A stretch of DNA of 63,959 bases, counting the filler, from Collodictyon triciliatum (Eukaryota): assembly GCA_043381765.1 (NCBI GenBank). It is 4 parts of 4 records of this genome, joined end to end, with 100 filler letters (N's around TTAATTAATTAA, not from the genome) between each part and the next. Parts side by side here need not be neighbours in the genome. Positions count along the whole stretch, not along the records: positions 1 to 22,512 come from JBHJMP010001146.1; positions 22,613 to 45,107 come from JBHJMP010001147.1; 2 more parts are not named here. One strand, 5' to 3'. Of the stretch, positions 12,978-25,311 are shown one piece after another; position 1 is the stretch's first letter, and the number at the start of each line of letters is the position of its first letter. Below the pieces are notes generated by a model. That model saw nothing but the letters and a program-made list of their open reading frames with translations, did not search any database and was not told the origin of the DNA. The position numbers were made by a program, and so were the translations under genes.

Positions 12978-15900
12978 ATGCGTTCTGCATACCCAACATA
13001 TTCGGCAACGCAGCTTCCCTCCGGCCCGGGACAAACAGGGCTGAGCAGCCACACGCCACAAGGTCCAATCGCCACAGCCTTCCGCACGCGCCAGAACGCA
13101 CCTGTCACAGGCTCCGCAAACTCAACCGACTCTGTCCCGGCCATTCTCAGCAGTGGCCACTCATTCTTCTCCACGCCACTGAAGCCCCAAACAGCCGTCC
13201 GCTCCGTCTCGCCAAACACCAATGCAGCAGATCCCCTCGCAAAGTACCATACTTCTGCCCAGCCCGCCTCTGTCTCCGCCTCCACAGCAGGCTTCACGGG
13301 ACTCGCAGCCAACACATACCATCCCTACGGCCCTCGCGACGATTCCAAATACGCATCGGTCAGTGCCATCAGCTGCCTCTTCAACGGGGCGCCTCTTATC
13401 CCCGTGGCGAATGACCCGCCACCTGTCACGTTTCTGCGCTCTCCCCAGGATACCCGCCTAAGCGGCTCGACACCTGTCAAATCCTCCACGCCCGGCAGAG
13501 CTGCTGCTGACCACAGCCCGGTCCACAAGAGACATTCTCCGCGGCAGAAGGAAACAGCCAGAGACACGCTCGATGACCCGCGCGGCCGTTCGCTCTTTGA
13601 GTACTTCAGCCCGTCACGCCCTTTCGATTGGGTGCGCGCGATGGACTCGACCGGGTTCGAACCGCCAGAATCCGCACCGCCAGGTCGATACAGTTTCGAC
13701 TACACTGCGAGGAACGGACACTCCGTCCAACGATCCCTTGGAGCAGACTACTCGGCCGCCTACAACGCCGCAGAGGACGCGTACAGCGAATCGCCCTCTT
13801 CGTCTTGTTCGGCCGCCCACTCACCCGATTTCCCGCCGCAGTTGAACCCCGACGCACAGAACGACTCTGTTTTATTTGCAGCCCAGTTGCGTCAGTTTGA
13901 TCCTTACCAACCGCACAGCGTGGGTCTTTGTTTCGCACACGGCCGATCTTTGCCGACTCACGAACCAGAGAACCCCTGCAAGTATGATCACTTGCCAACA
14001 AGCAGGCCGCGTGCAAATGAAGATGTGCTTCGCGCGTGGGACTTTGATCACACAACGCCTCATCAAAGAATGTCTGCAAATATATGTTCAAAGGATGGCC
14101 AGACAAAGTACGGTGCGACGAAGCAGACGGAGCCTGCTGATGGATTTTACACCCACGGACAAGGGAAGCACGCAGCAGCAACACTTATATCGTCATCATC
14201 CACAGCAAGGAATCAATCATACCAGCCGATTCGTGATACTGGATTTGCCTTGCCGCGCTCGGCCTATGCGCAGACGCAGCAGCAAATGCGACAGACTCAG
14301 CTTCATGCGCAGCCGATGGTTGATGCGTATGGGCACAATGCATCGTATCAGCCACAATCTCGAGTTAATGGGAGTGTGTATCATGAAAAGACAGCCAGTC
14401 TGTATCAGAACGCTCAAGTCCAATCGTCCTCAGCATCGTCGGGTTCGTCATTTTACCAAACACAAGTACAACAAAGGCTGAATTCGGTCCCACTTCAGCA
14501 TCGCTACGGACCTGTTACAAGTCATGCCTATACACAACCAGCAGGGCCATATGCTAGTACTGCCCATTCCCAACGGTCCTTTGTATCAATGCACGATAAC
14601 TCTTCTCATTCGATACTACCAGTTTCGCATGATAGTGGATATCAGAGTACTTATTCAGATGTCCATCCGCTTCACTATAACACAAATGAGCATTATTCGG
14701 GTCATCGCCCGCCAAATTACACTTCACAACAATCGCACCCACAGCAGGACAACTTTGACTCGTTGCTTGGGCAGTATCATGCCAATATGGCTCCAATAGT
14801 CCCACTCTCCCGTCCTCCGCCTTATCAATTGGAGCAGAAGAAGCTCTCAGAAGACGTTCCAAGGAAAAAGACCGAAGCTAATGAGAGCCCATCCAAGAAG
14901 CAGTTGTTGAAAGACTTTACCAAAATCCTGAAATCAAAGGTGTGGATTTGAAATACTTGGGTTTATTTGTGTATTGTCTCGTGGTTTTTTTTTTTTCGTG
15001 AGTTTGTATTATGATTGAAAGTGAACTGTGACTATAAAACGATACTGAAGATTTGCTTCTTTTTTTTCTTTTTTTACTTGCAAAGTTGTTGTTGACTATT
15101 CGACTTTCTTTCAGGAAAACTTCGAAGCTGCATCATCCTATGTGGATGGTGTCATTCAAGATGTTCCTGCTCATCTGCGCTGGAAATTATGTATGCTTAT
15201 TTTTTTGTACTTTTGAAATGATTGCTGCAGTTTATTATGTTGTCAAAGGAATAAAGAAAAAAACGATAACAAAGGATTATGAAAAAATCGCATGCATTGA
15301 TAATTCTACTTTTGTAGATATCGAGCTCGCTGACATGGCGAAGAGAGATAATAATCTTCGAGAGGCACGTCGATTATATACCGATATAGTTACCATTCAG
15401 CCTGATGCTGTCCAAGGATGGTTGGAGTTTGCAAAGCTTGAGGAGGAAAACGGGAGAATGTCCCGATGTGAAGTAAGTACTTAATTAAAGGAATCATGGA
15501 AACATGGCCTACTATGCTATGTTCTTTTCTAAATTCATTACCTGTTATATGTCTTCTGGATGCGCTTAAAAAATATTGTATCATTCCTTGGCATGTGCTT
15601 ATTTTTCCGGGAAAAAAAAGGACATTGTATAATTATACGCCTTGTTTTCATATCACGAGTTAATTTCGTGTTTAATTTGATGCAATAGGCCATCCTGAAG
15701 CAAGGACAAGAGAAATCCGAGTTTAATGAGAATCTTATCATCAAACTGATCAAACACGAAGAGCGAATCGGGAAACTTGATGAAGTATGCATTTCTTATT
15801 CAATATTTGTTGTATGGAACAAAAGTTTTTAAATGTCGATGTCAAACTGAGGTAAATCATTTTAATTCAGGCCCGAAAGATTTTTGCCAGTGTGCGTTCA

Positions 15901-18509
15901 AGACTCTCGGAAAAGTCATGGAAAATCCTACTCGAGGGAGCTCTTCTAGAGTCTAGGGCTGGCAACGACGAAGCCGCTCGCAAGATATTTAAGGTAAGTG
16001 CGCTCTGGCGGCTTCTGGGTCTTAAAATTTTTTCCCGTAAATGCATTGAATTACTGGAGGCATTTTTTTTTCCTTACACAGGTGCTGCCTTTTCTTTTCC
16101 TTTTTTTTTCTTTTTTCGTATGGAATGTCTTTAACACTTATACTCACTGCGAATCTAATACAAAAAAACAAAAAAAAAAAACAAATGCAAATACAACAGA
16201 ATCTCATGAAAATGGTTCCATGGTACGGGCCCGTTTATCATGAAGCCTTTAAATTTGAAGAGCGATGTGGAAATGATCTAGAAGCGTTGCGTTTGGTGGA
16301 AAAAGGTCGATCGATGATTCCAAGATACGGGCCTTTGTGGTTTGCTGCTTTCAGGATGTACGAGAAAGTCAAAAAGGACTACCAAGCAGCTAGGGAGGCA
16401 TATGCCCAATCCGTCAAATGCATCTCCAAAGAGTTGGTATGGAAGGTTTACTACGAATTAGCACAAATGGAAGAACGACTCTCTGGGCAATGTGAGGGCA
16501 CTCATATCGATGCAGCACGTGCGGCATACATCGAGAGTCTGCATAGTTGCCCTTCAAACCTGAGATGGAAGGTATGTTTTTTTTTTTATGTTCACTTTAT
16601 TCTCTATTACATGCTCCAAGTATCCGATATAAAGACAGCAACGTTTCCAAGTCACACAAAACGTGATGGAGAAAATGGCTCTATCTTTATACATGAAATA
16701 CCAATCGATAATACATTTCAATCTTTCCCCTTCATCTCTAGACTACTTTCGACAATAAATGAGACAGATTTTTGAATCGAGCCTTCGTCCTGTCTTTTCT
16801 CACCGAATAATTCGTTCTTCTCTCTGACCTATTTTCAGGTATGGTTAGGTGGAGCACGGACCGAAATGGTGATTGGAAATATCGAAAAGGCCATTCTGCT
16901 CCTAGACAGATCGATGGATGAAGTTCCCCAGAAAATGAAGGTTTGGTGCATCATGCCACACAAAAAAATCAATTATCTTGTTACTATTGATATTTTATTA
17001 TCATGTTCATCACTGAACTCTTTGACCGCTAAACTTTCCTTTTCTATGAAGAGTGTTTAACAACACACGTACATTCCAGGCACTTGTATATCTTGAAAGA
17101 GCTAGGGTGGAAGAGTATTGCCAGAACATCGACAAAGCTCGCACCATTCTCCAGGAAGCGCAGACCTCTTGCAAGCAGGAATGGAAAGTATGCTTAGAAT
17201 CCATTCTGCTCGAAATACGATGTGGTGACATGAAGCAGGCGATAGAATCCACGAAAGAATCTCTCAAGGTACTTAAAGTCTGAAATTTTCAATTCATGAA
17301 AAAAAAATTATTCATTTTCTCGAAAATTCCACTACTTTGTATTCCAATATATTTTTTCTTCGAGTAGTACTAGATTGTAGTTTGTTTGTTTTTTCATTTC
17401 CCAGCGAAAGACAATTAATTAATTGAAACAAATAATCCAGATGCATCCTGGAACCGGTCGTCTCTGGGCGATGTATATCCAACTCATGCTCCATATTGGT
17501 GAAGAGGAGCAGCTAAGGGTTTTCTACGAAGCCGTTCGTGAAGTACCGAAATCTGGGGAAGTATGGTGTGAGGGCGCGAGGATACTGATGAATCCACTGT
17601 CGAAGCATTTCAGCCTTCACCTTGGTGAGTGCAGCTCTTCTTACTTTAAAATGGATGGGAAATTTACTGCAGTGCACTGTTTGCATTTGAGTCTCATCCT
17701 CATTAATACTATCTAGCGAAAAGGTTCCTCGATTTTGCAGTACAATTTACCCCACAGTATGGGGATTCTTTCATTGAATACATTCGATTAGAGCTGCTCA
17801 TGAAAGGAATCAATACCAATATGTCAAGTGTCGAACGGGTGAGAGAAATAACATATATGTTCATACAAGTCTGCCGAGCATGAGACGTTTATGCTGACCA
17901 CCAGTCCATCACACTAAATACATGCACTTTATTATTCATAATTATCTATCTTTCGTCCCCTTTTAAAAGCCCCGCTATTCACATTCCAGTCATTAAAAAT
18001 ATCCATAAAGTTTAGAAAATAATCATCGATTTAGATTTGTGCGAATGCGGACCCGAATTACGGCTCCATGTGGTTTTATTGCAAGAATGACCCACTGGAT
18101 ACAACAACAGAGACATTTGCTACTGCCCGCCGACTGGTGACCGAGGACTTGGTTTCTAATTGGAGGGTCTACCAGCCATCACTCGTAGAAGAGAGTGGCA
18201 CAATCTCCTTTAATTTTAAGCCTCCTAATTTCAAGTCAGTTCCGAAAGCTTTAGAATCCTTTTGAAACACCGTCACATGTATTCTGCAGCAGCCTTCTGA
18301 CAGGCGATTTTTGGTATAGGAATATTTGGATTTAACTAATTCCATATACGATATTCTGCAGGTCGAAACGAGGCATTCCTTCAGATATCGAAATTACGGA
18401 CTTTAGTACGGGGCTTGTTAGCCTAAATCGTGTGCACAAACTCCCCAAACCCCTCTCGGATGGCGAGAGATACAAACTAATTTTTGGGTGTGATAGTATC
18501 GTCCCATAA
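12978..18509 (+). CDS. HAT/TPR-repeat protein with Prp6-like C-terminus and a ~650-aa low-complexity N-terminus; about 13 exons
   Basis: Exon 1 is 12978-14939 (S/P/A/Q/Y/H-rich). HAT repeats follow: QGWLEFAKLEEENG, SWKILLEGALLESRAG, PRYGPLWF, VPKSGEVWCEGARI, FTPQYGDSFIEY, CANADPNYGSMWFYC. The last exon ends LIFGCDSIVP-TAA. Junctions around 18180-18360 are uncertain. Confidence 0.8.
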
Positions 18510-18827
18510 CTCTTTGTGTTACTCCTTCTGGTTCGTTTGATATCTGTGATTCCGAAAATCTCTCGGTGCTCCGCTTCATTCTCTCCTCATTCCCTCAGAG
18601 CGATGACACTTAGTAGCCCAAGACATTGTTACAAGTGTCGATGCGCTCTGTATATTTTCTTTTTGCGAATATATGTTCCCTTTTGCCCTCGCCTTCATCA
18701 AAATGGAAGCATTAATTTTCTTCCATGATTCAAACAACCCTTTACCTTACCAAAATGACAAACGCGCAGCCGTGTTTGTCGCAGCAAACATAAATAAGAA
18801 TATGAATACCCCGCTGTGGCTGATATC

Positions 18828-19000
18828 TTGTTTTTGGTTTTTGGTTTTTGGTTTTTGTTTTTTGTTTTTTGTTTTTTGTTTTTTGTTTTTTGTTTTTTGT
18901 TTTTTGTTTTTTGTTTTTTGTTTTTTGTTTTTTGTTTTTTTGTTTTTTTTGTTTTTTTTGTTTTTTTGTTTTTTTTTGTTTTTTTTGTTTTTTGTTTTTG
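18828..19000. repeat. (TTTTTTG)n simple repeat
   Basis: Directly visible; the source of the spurious F/C/V- and K/Q/N-rich ORFs. Confidence 0.95.
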
Positions 19001-19121
19001 TGTGACAACAGCAACTCGTTTCATACACATTTGTAAAATAGTATATATCAATGTTGTTTACTTATGGAATGCTTATTATTGTGGCTGGCTTATTTTTTTT
19101 ATCTCGGATATTCTAAATTAG

Positions 19122-19330
19122 ACTTTAACTATCGAACACACATTTCTGAAGCGCTCCCTTGCTCAAAAAGTGACAGAGTCTACCCACAAGATGCTCTCTG
19201 AGCTTGATTATGCTCCCAACCGACTCAGCGCGTCTGACATCATGTTTGGCCCACAATACCAAATGAACCATGACTCTAGAATACTCTGGACAGTCACAAG
19301 GGGGACATATGCTGTGGTTCTTATGGAGTG
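19122..19330 (+). CDS. Possible exon of an unidentified small gene
   Basis: Open frame flanked by AG and GT: TLTIEHTFLKRSLAQKVTESTHKMLSELDYAPNRLSASDIMFGPQYQMNHDSRILWTVTRGTYAVVLME. It is higher in GC than its flanks; the neighbouring exons are not resolved. Confidence 0.3.
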
Positions 19331-20548
19331 TGTGTGCATTCTTTCGTTCTAATGATTCACCCGAACAAGAAATCAATGTAATCAGGCTGAAAAGCCTCGT
19401 GGAATACAGCTTCTTGAATATCTACATCACCCGCCTTTATTTTTCCTTTATTCGATTCAGAGTTATCCACCGTAATCTCTTATTGTGAATCTTATTGTTT
19501 CGATATATTTTCCACAAATATATTGTACAAGGTGATACTCTTTTGATTAACAAGGCTTCTGTGGCTGCCCTATTTTCAGACTAAGAAATCCAGAATAAGA
19601 TTATTTTTAAAAAGGAAGTGGACCACAACAAAGCATATTTATTGGGTTCGTTCCGGTGGCGGCTCTGCGTGGAATCATAGAGCAGAAGATGACAAGAAGC
19701 GATTAAGCGCAAATCACAAGCGGAGTAATACAAACGAGCCCTGCCCGCCAACTAACTGTCTCTCACCATACTGGTTCGATCCCAACCTGCCCATCTCGCT
19801 AATACTTGGCTTATGCAGCGAACAGCAAATGCCTCGTTTCTCAATTATGATATGCTCCGAGTGCTCTCACTTTTTTTACAAGGACACTGGTGCATAACTT
19901 TCATGAAAAAACAATTATTACTTCGATGTTAATCCGTGGGATGAGCCGTGATGCGCCATCTGCAAAGATGCTTAATTTTTGAAAATAGCATGATTTATTC
20001 GCATTAAAAAATTTCATTTGATATAATATGGTGCATTTTCTATTTTTACCGTAAATCCAAATACTCTTTAATAACGCCAAACTAAACCGACCTACCTGCC
20101 ACCACAATTTATTTAACCATTCTTCCAAAAAATCACAAGGGGAAGAGATAAGAGAAATCGTGAATGTTGATTTTTGAGCACATAGCTAGCTTTAACATTT
20201 GCCAATATAGTTTTCTCTTAATGAAAAGCGAATCATACACTTATATTATTAACTTCACCTAAAATACCTCATATTTACATTTCTATCCACTGTCTCATAT
20301 CTAGATTAGTTTTTGTCTAAACTTCACTTCTCTATCATTGGAAAATATTAAATTGACGTTCACTTTCTTGTTCTAGCTCTACACCAACTCGTAAATTATT
20401 CATAAAAGAAATGTATTCGTTGCAATAAGAGCGTTAATCAACACTAAACTTCTTTTTTCTTCTTTTTATCTCTTGATTTTCATTTCGCTTTAATTACTCT
20501 ACATTTTGAAATAAGTGCGTTTTCGTCAGGTCCTAGTTGTAAAGCACC

Positions 20549-21944
20549 ATGGAAGATAGAACAAATAATTATGAAGTTGGAGGTTATTTTTCATTTTAAG
20601 CCCACCTTGTTATGCAAACATCATCCGTAAGAACATAAATAATCTATTAATACAGGCGATTCTTTTATTCTTATCCAAATGAGAGGCGGTCCCAGCTTTC
20701 GATACCAAATTCTCGCCTCCGTTTATGATAAAACTTCCAGAAGAGGAATCACAACTGGTGTTTGTCAATGGTACCGCAAAGTGAAAGAAACCTACGATCC
20801 CATAAGAGGTAAGCACTGTTCTACTTTTCTTTTTCATTCTGAAATGAAGTTGTATAGTTGTCGTCCATATTTGAACATTTATACTTTTCTGAGAAATCCT
20901 ATGAATGTCTGCCAATTTTATGTCTCTGCTTTACTATAACCAATCTTGGCATATCACCTGCTTCTGAAATAAACCAAATTGCTTCTTTTTTTCCCCCCTT
21001 TATTCGATTCAAAGTGCAGCGATAAACCAAATTGCTTTATAATTAGGCGCAGTCACCCGTGCATATGCACCCACAGCAGATGACCTGTACACAAACCTGT
21101 GCTTTGAGTTCCGGCCCGCCAGTGGAGACCCTGTTCGTGCCCATGTCCCAGGGGAATTCCATGCTATGGGTAAGTTGCCCTATTGTGACCTGTTTCATCT
21201 CGACCACTCAGAAGACAATCGATGCATTATATCGGAAAGGAGGAAGTGTGCATGAAACTTTCTTACATAATTCATAGATGCTGAAGTTCGCGATTTGGTG
21301 GCAAAATTTGTCAGAAGTGGACGTGACGGTGAAGTCAAATTTAATGTCGTTAATGTGAGTAGACACTGATACCATGTACCCGATATATATATATTCGCTA
21401 TTATATTAGTAATTTTTTTAACTCTGTTGTTTTTTTATGTTAATTGTTTTACAAAAAAAGAAAACGAAGATAAACATTTCATGAATTATTTATCCCCTAG
21501 CCCCAGTGCGGACTCGGAAGTATAGATAATGTGTGGACTATTCTTGTTTCTGAAAACTCTGTACAACTGAGACAAAACGAAGTCGTGATGGCGACGTATG
21601 GTTCTGACGTTGAGGTAAAAGGGACATATACACATCAAACAAAATAGATCTTTATTTTATCTATTACATTTAAACCTTTTTACAAAGCTTATCTGTTATC
21701 AAATTGTGATAACAGAGCTCTATTTTCTCCTCAACAAATCGCATATATTCTAAGCACAGCTCCAAAGTCAGCCAATCACGCACTTCACTTTCTTCTTCTC
21801 CCTCTATTTTTCAATTTGTAGGTAGTTCTATCACCGACAAGCCCCACTGTCTTTCGCATTGGGTCAAATTACCTCGAAACGAATAGCCTTCGCAACCGAG
21901 ATGTGATTGTCCTGACTGTGCGTGCTCTTTTGGGCCATAAATAA
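20549..21944 (+). CDS. SCAB-like protein (AIR9/SCAB-type Ig-like domain + PH-like domain), 6 exons: 20549-20582, 20656-20808, 21047-21169, 21278-21354, 21501-21614, 21822-21944
   Basis: All five GT-AG introns are in phase. Translation includes GVCQWYRKVKETYDPIRGAVTRAYAPTADDLYTNLCFEF...EVRDLVAKFVRSGRDGEVKFNVVN...LETNSLRNRDVIVLTVRALLGHK*. The QWYR..I.GA...Y.P...D motif and the terminal R.RD...L..R helix resemble the plant SCAB Ig-PH module. Confidence 0.75.
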
Positions 21945-22512
21945 GGCTCTCCACATGTTGACCAAACCGTCCTCTCCTGAGTGCATACTCTGTTTATCCT
22001 CCTCAGCGGATTATGTTGATTCCTTGCAGTTCGGTAGGACAGGAGAGCGCGTTGGGCTTTGAGAGGTGGGATGAAAAGATGAAGAAGGAGGTGATTATCT
22101 CATCGTCAAGAATAGGGGACATAATTGGGCATTTTTTTCTTTTAATTGAGCCAAGGTGAAGAAGGGATTTTGGCATCGTGAATAACAGAATATATCAAAA
22201 AGGGAACAAACTCTGGATTACTTGACCGATACATGTTATTCGGGTGTGGATGAGAGAGAAAGGTGGTTGTGGATAGCAAGTCTCGAAGCCACAACTGTTC
22301 CATCTCTGTGGATGATTCTGCTATTGCCACATTCCTACGCTGCACATTCCTTCTTATAGTTCCTTCTCATCTTTCTCTCTCCTTTTCTCTCTCCTTTTCT
22401 CTCTCCTTTTCTCTCTCCTTTTCTCTCTCCTTTCTCTTCGGCATCGAACCCATCACTTATCTATTCTCTGCGTTGCTCCTGTCAACCCCAAACTCTACTC
22501 TTTTGCTCGGCA

Positions 22513-22612
22513 NNNNNNNNNNNNNNNNNNNNNNNNNNNNNNNNNNNNNNNNNNNNTTAATTAATTAANNNNNNNNNNNNNNNNNNNNNNNNNNNNNNNN
22601 NNNNNNNNNNNN
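22513..22612. other. Artificial scaffold linker N44-TTAATTAATTAA-N44
   Basis: The 12-mer at 22557-22568 gives stops in all six frames; the same construct occurs three times in the window. Confidence 0.95.
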
Positions 22613-22772
22613 ATAAAAAAAAAAAAAAAAAAATAAAAATAAAAATAAAAATAAAAATAAAAATAAAAATAAAAATAAAAATAAAAATAAAAATAAAAAT
22701 AAAAGTAAAGATAAAATAAAAATAAAGAATAAAAAAACCAAAAACCAAAAACCAAAATTATAATGTTAAGAT

Positions 22773-24327
22773 ATGGAAAATCAAACAATTAATCCTCTCG
22801 ATGTAGATATACCCACCGGAACTAAATACCTATTCCATGATGAGTTCAATGTCTACGAACCTGATGGCTACTCAAATGCAATCAAATATCCGTACGTATC
22901 TAAAGAAATAATGAAGCCAAATGGAGATATTACCTTAAGGATATCAAGCCAATCTGAGTCACCAATTTCCTACTGTTGCGAAACTGTCCTAACTCCCGAG
23001 GCAAACCAGTATGTTATCGAATTCCATGTTCTTTTTCCAGGTCTGTTAGTTGGCCTTATTCCTGAAGACTATGAAGAAGGTGTCTTACCTGGATTCGGTG
23101 AAAACTCTGTTGCTTACGACGCAGAAAATGGTTTTATTATTTTTAACAGTAATATTGTTGAACATAATGCAGAAAAATGGGACACCTTTGGCTCTATGGT
23201 ACGGTGCATCACAAACTTCCAAAAGGAGGAAGTCACGTTTAGCATTAACCAGCACACATACCATATCAGCATTCCGAATATGGGGAGTGTTAGATTCTTG
23301 CCGGTAGTATATTTCATGGGATACGGCTCTGCCGCAGAGATTAAGATTCGCCAGCGCCAAGGACATGTCACATTTCATCGGCAGCAGACCAACTTCTCCA
23401 ACATTCCTATGCAGGACACATTCGACGAAATAGAGCATCCAGATGTCAAAATGCATCCAGACAAGCTTTCTGTGTGTGTCTTGAAAGAGATAAATTCCCC
23501 TTGCTCCGTTCGTAGCAATAAGGCCTGCGTTGATGATGGCCAAGGTATCCATTTCTTCGAGTTTGAGGTCGTCAATTTCGGCCGTGCGAAGAGTATAGTG
23601 GTCGGAGTTGGGCCGAAGCATCAACCATCTGGGGATGTGTACGGGTATTCGGATTACTCCATCGGGGTGGAGTTTGATGTCGGTAGAAGCAGAGCATATA
23701 TCTCGGGCTGTTTGGCAGAGTTTGCTTACTTTCATTCATTTTTTTTAAAAAAAGAAATAAATATTTCATAGTAATATATTTTATTTTATTAGATTGCACA
23801 ACCACGCTCTTCCATATACATACATGCACCACATGGCTCGATAAGTATGCCCACCCCCACTAATATTCCGAAATTATAGAGAAATTATATCGCGTGAGAC
23901 AGTCTTCCCTCATATTAAGAGCTCCTCTCCAACTTTGATTGGGGTCATAATTGACTTCAAAAATCGGCTTGTTGTTTTTTCTGTGGACGAATACACTTCT
24001 TCAAAACTTGTGGTACAGCTTCCGGCCGAACGTCTACCAGGATTTCGTCCTGGAATCACCCTCAAATATGAATCGCAGCTGGTTATCTTCAATCCTTCCC
24101 CAGTCCCGAGCAGCGGATTGAAGCTTAAATTACACCATATAAACGACACTATTTTTGACGATATAATAACCTACTTCGACGAAAAGCAAGAGAGCAGCGA
24201 CATCGCAGGCTCCTCAAACCCCAATGCCCCTATCAACGGGTCCTTGAACACTGGTCCAATGTTTTCAAAATACCTTCTCTTTGAGAAAGCCTTGGGGTAC
24301 TTCTGTTGTGGAAGAGCCAGCTCGTGA
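22773..24327 (+). CDS. Tandem SPRY (RanBPM-like) domain protein; termini uncertain
   Basis: Two SPRY-like units: YVIEFHV..LLVGL...LPGFGENSVAYDAENG...VTFSIN...FLPVV, and SVRSN..IHFFEFEVVNFG...IVVGV...GYSDYSIG...IGVIIDFKNRLVVFSVD...FRPGITL. Confidence 0.7.
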
Positions 24328-24353
24328 GTGCACTCCTCTCAAGAACGAATAAA

Positions 24354-24606
24354 ATCATCCCATCGTCCCATCATCCCATCGTCCCATCATCCCATCGTCC
24401 CATCATCCCATCGTCCCATCATCCCATCGTCCCATCATCCCATCATCCCATCATCCCATCATCCCATCATCCCATCATCCCATCATCCTATCATCCCATC
24501 ACCCCATCATCCCATCATCCTATCATCCCATCACCCCATCATCCCATCGTCCCATCATCCCATCATCCCATCATCCCATCACCCCATCATCTTATCATCC
24601 CATCAT
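24354..24606. repeat. Degenerate (CATCC/CATCATCC/CATCGTCC)n tandem repeat
   Basis: Directly visible; lies between a GTGAGT donor-like site (24324) and a CTGCAG acceptor-like site (24629), so probably intronic. Confidence 0.9.
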
Positions 24607-24825
24607 GGGAGCGAATATTCCTTCTGCAGATTAAATCATGCGGTAAGTACAACTGTGGAATTTATAACCAACGACATTTAAGAACGATCAAATCAAGCGA
24701 CAGCCAAAGAATCGCGATTCTGGCGTCAACACTCGCACAAACAAGACGTCAAAAGTTGAAATCGAAGCAGATCGGAACATCAAATGCGCAAAGAAGTACG
24801 ATCTCGAGTTCTTGATCTGGGGGAG

Positions 24826-24920
24826 TTTGTTTGTTTGTTTGTTTGTTTGTTTGTTTGTTTGTTTGTTTGTTTGTTTGTTTGTTTGTTTGTTTGTTTGTTT
24901 GTTTGTTTGTTTGTTTGTTT
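24826..24920. repeat. (GTTT)n microsatellite running into a gap
   Basis: Directly visible. Confidence 0.95.
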
Positions 24921-25311
24921 NNNNNNNNNNNNNNNNNNNNNNNNNNNNNNNNNNNNNNNNNNNNNNNNNNNNNNNNNNNNNNNNNNNNNNNNNNNNNNNN
25001 NNNNNNNNNNNNNNNNNNNNNNNNNNNNNNNNNNNNNNNNNNNNNNNNNNNNNNNNNNNNNNNNNNNNNNNNNNNNNNNNNNNNNNNNNNNNNNNNNNNN
25101 NNNNNNNNNNNNNNNNNNNNNNNNNNNNNNNNNNNNNNNNNNNNNNNNNNNNNNNNNNNNNNNNNNNNNNNNNNNNNNNNNNNNNNNNNNNNNNNNNNNN
25201 NNNNNNNNNNNNNNNNNNNNNNNNNNNNNNNNNNNNNNNNNNNNNNNNNNNNNNNNNNNNNNNNNNNNNNNTTTTTTTTTGGGAGGCTCAGCTTCCAGCA
25301 TTTAATTCACA

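Noticed and set aside
18673-19121. F/C/V- and K/Q/N-rich ORFs here, and similar poly-Y/I/N ORFs at 48463-48915 and 59684-60069
   Set aside because: They are translations of microsatellites.
24306-24815. Repetitive PSSHHPII protein or CRISPR-like array
   Set aside because: It is a degenerate 5-8-nt tandem repeat with no unique spacers, lying between splice-like sites.
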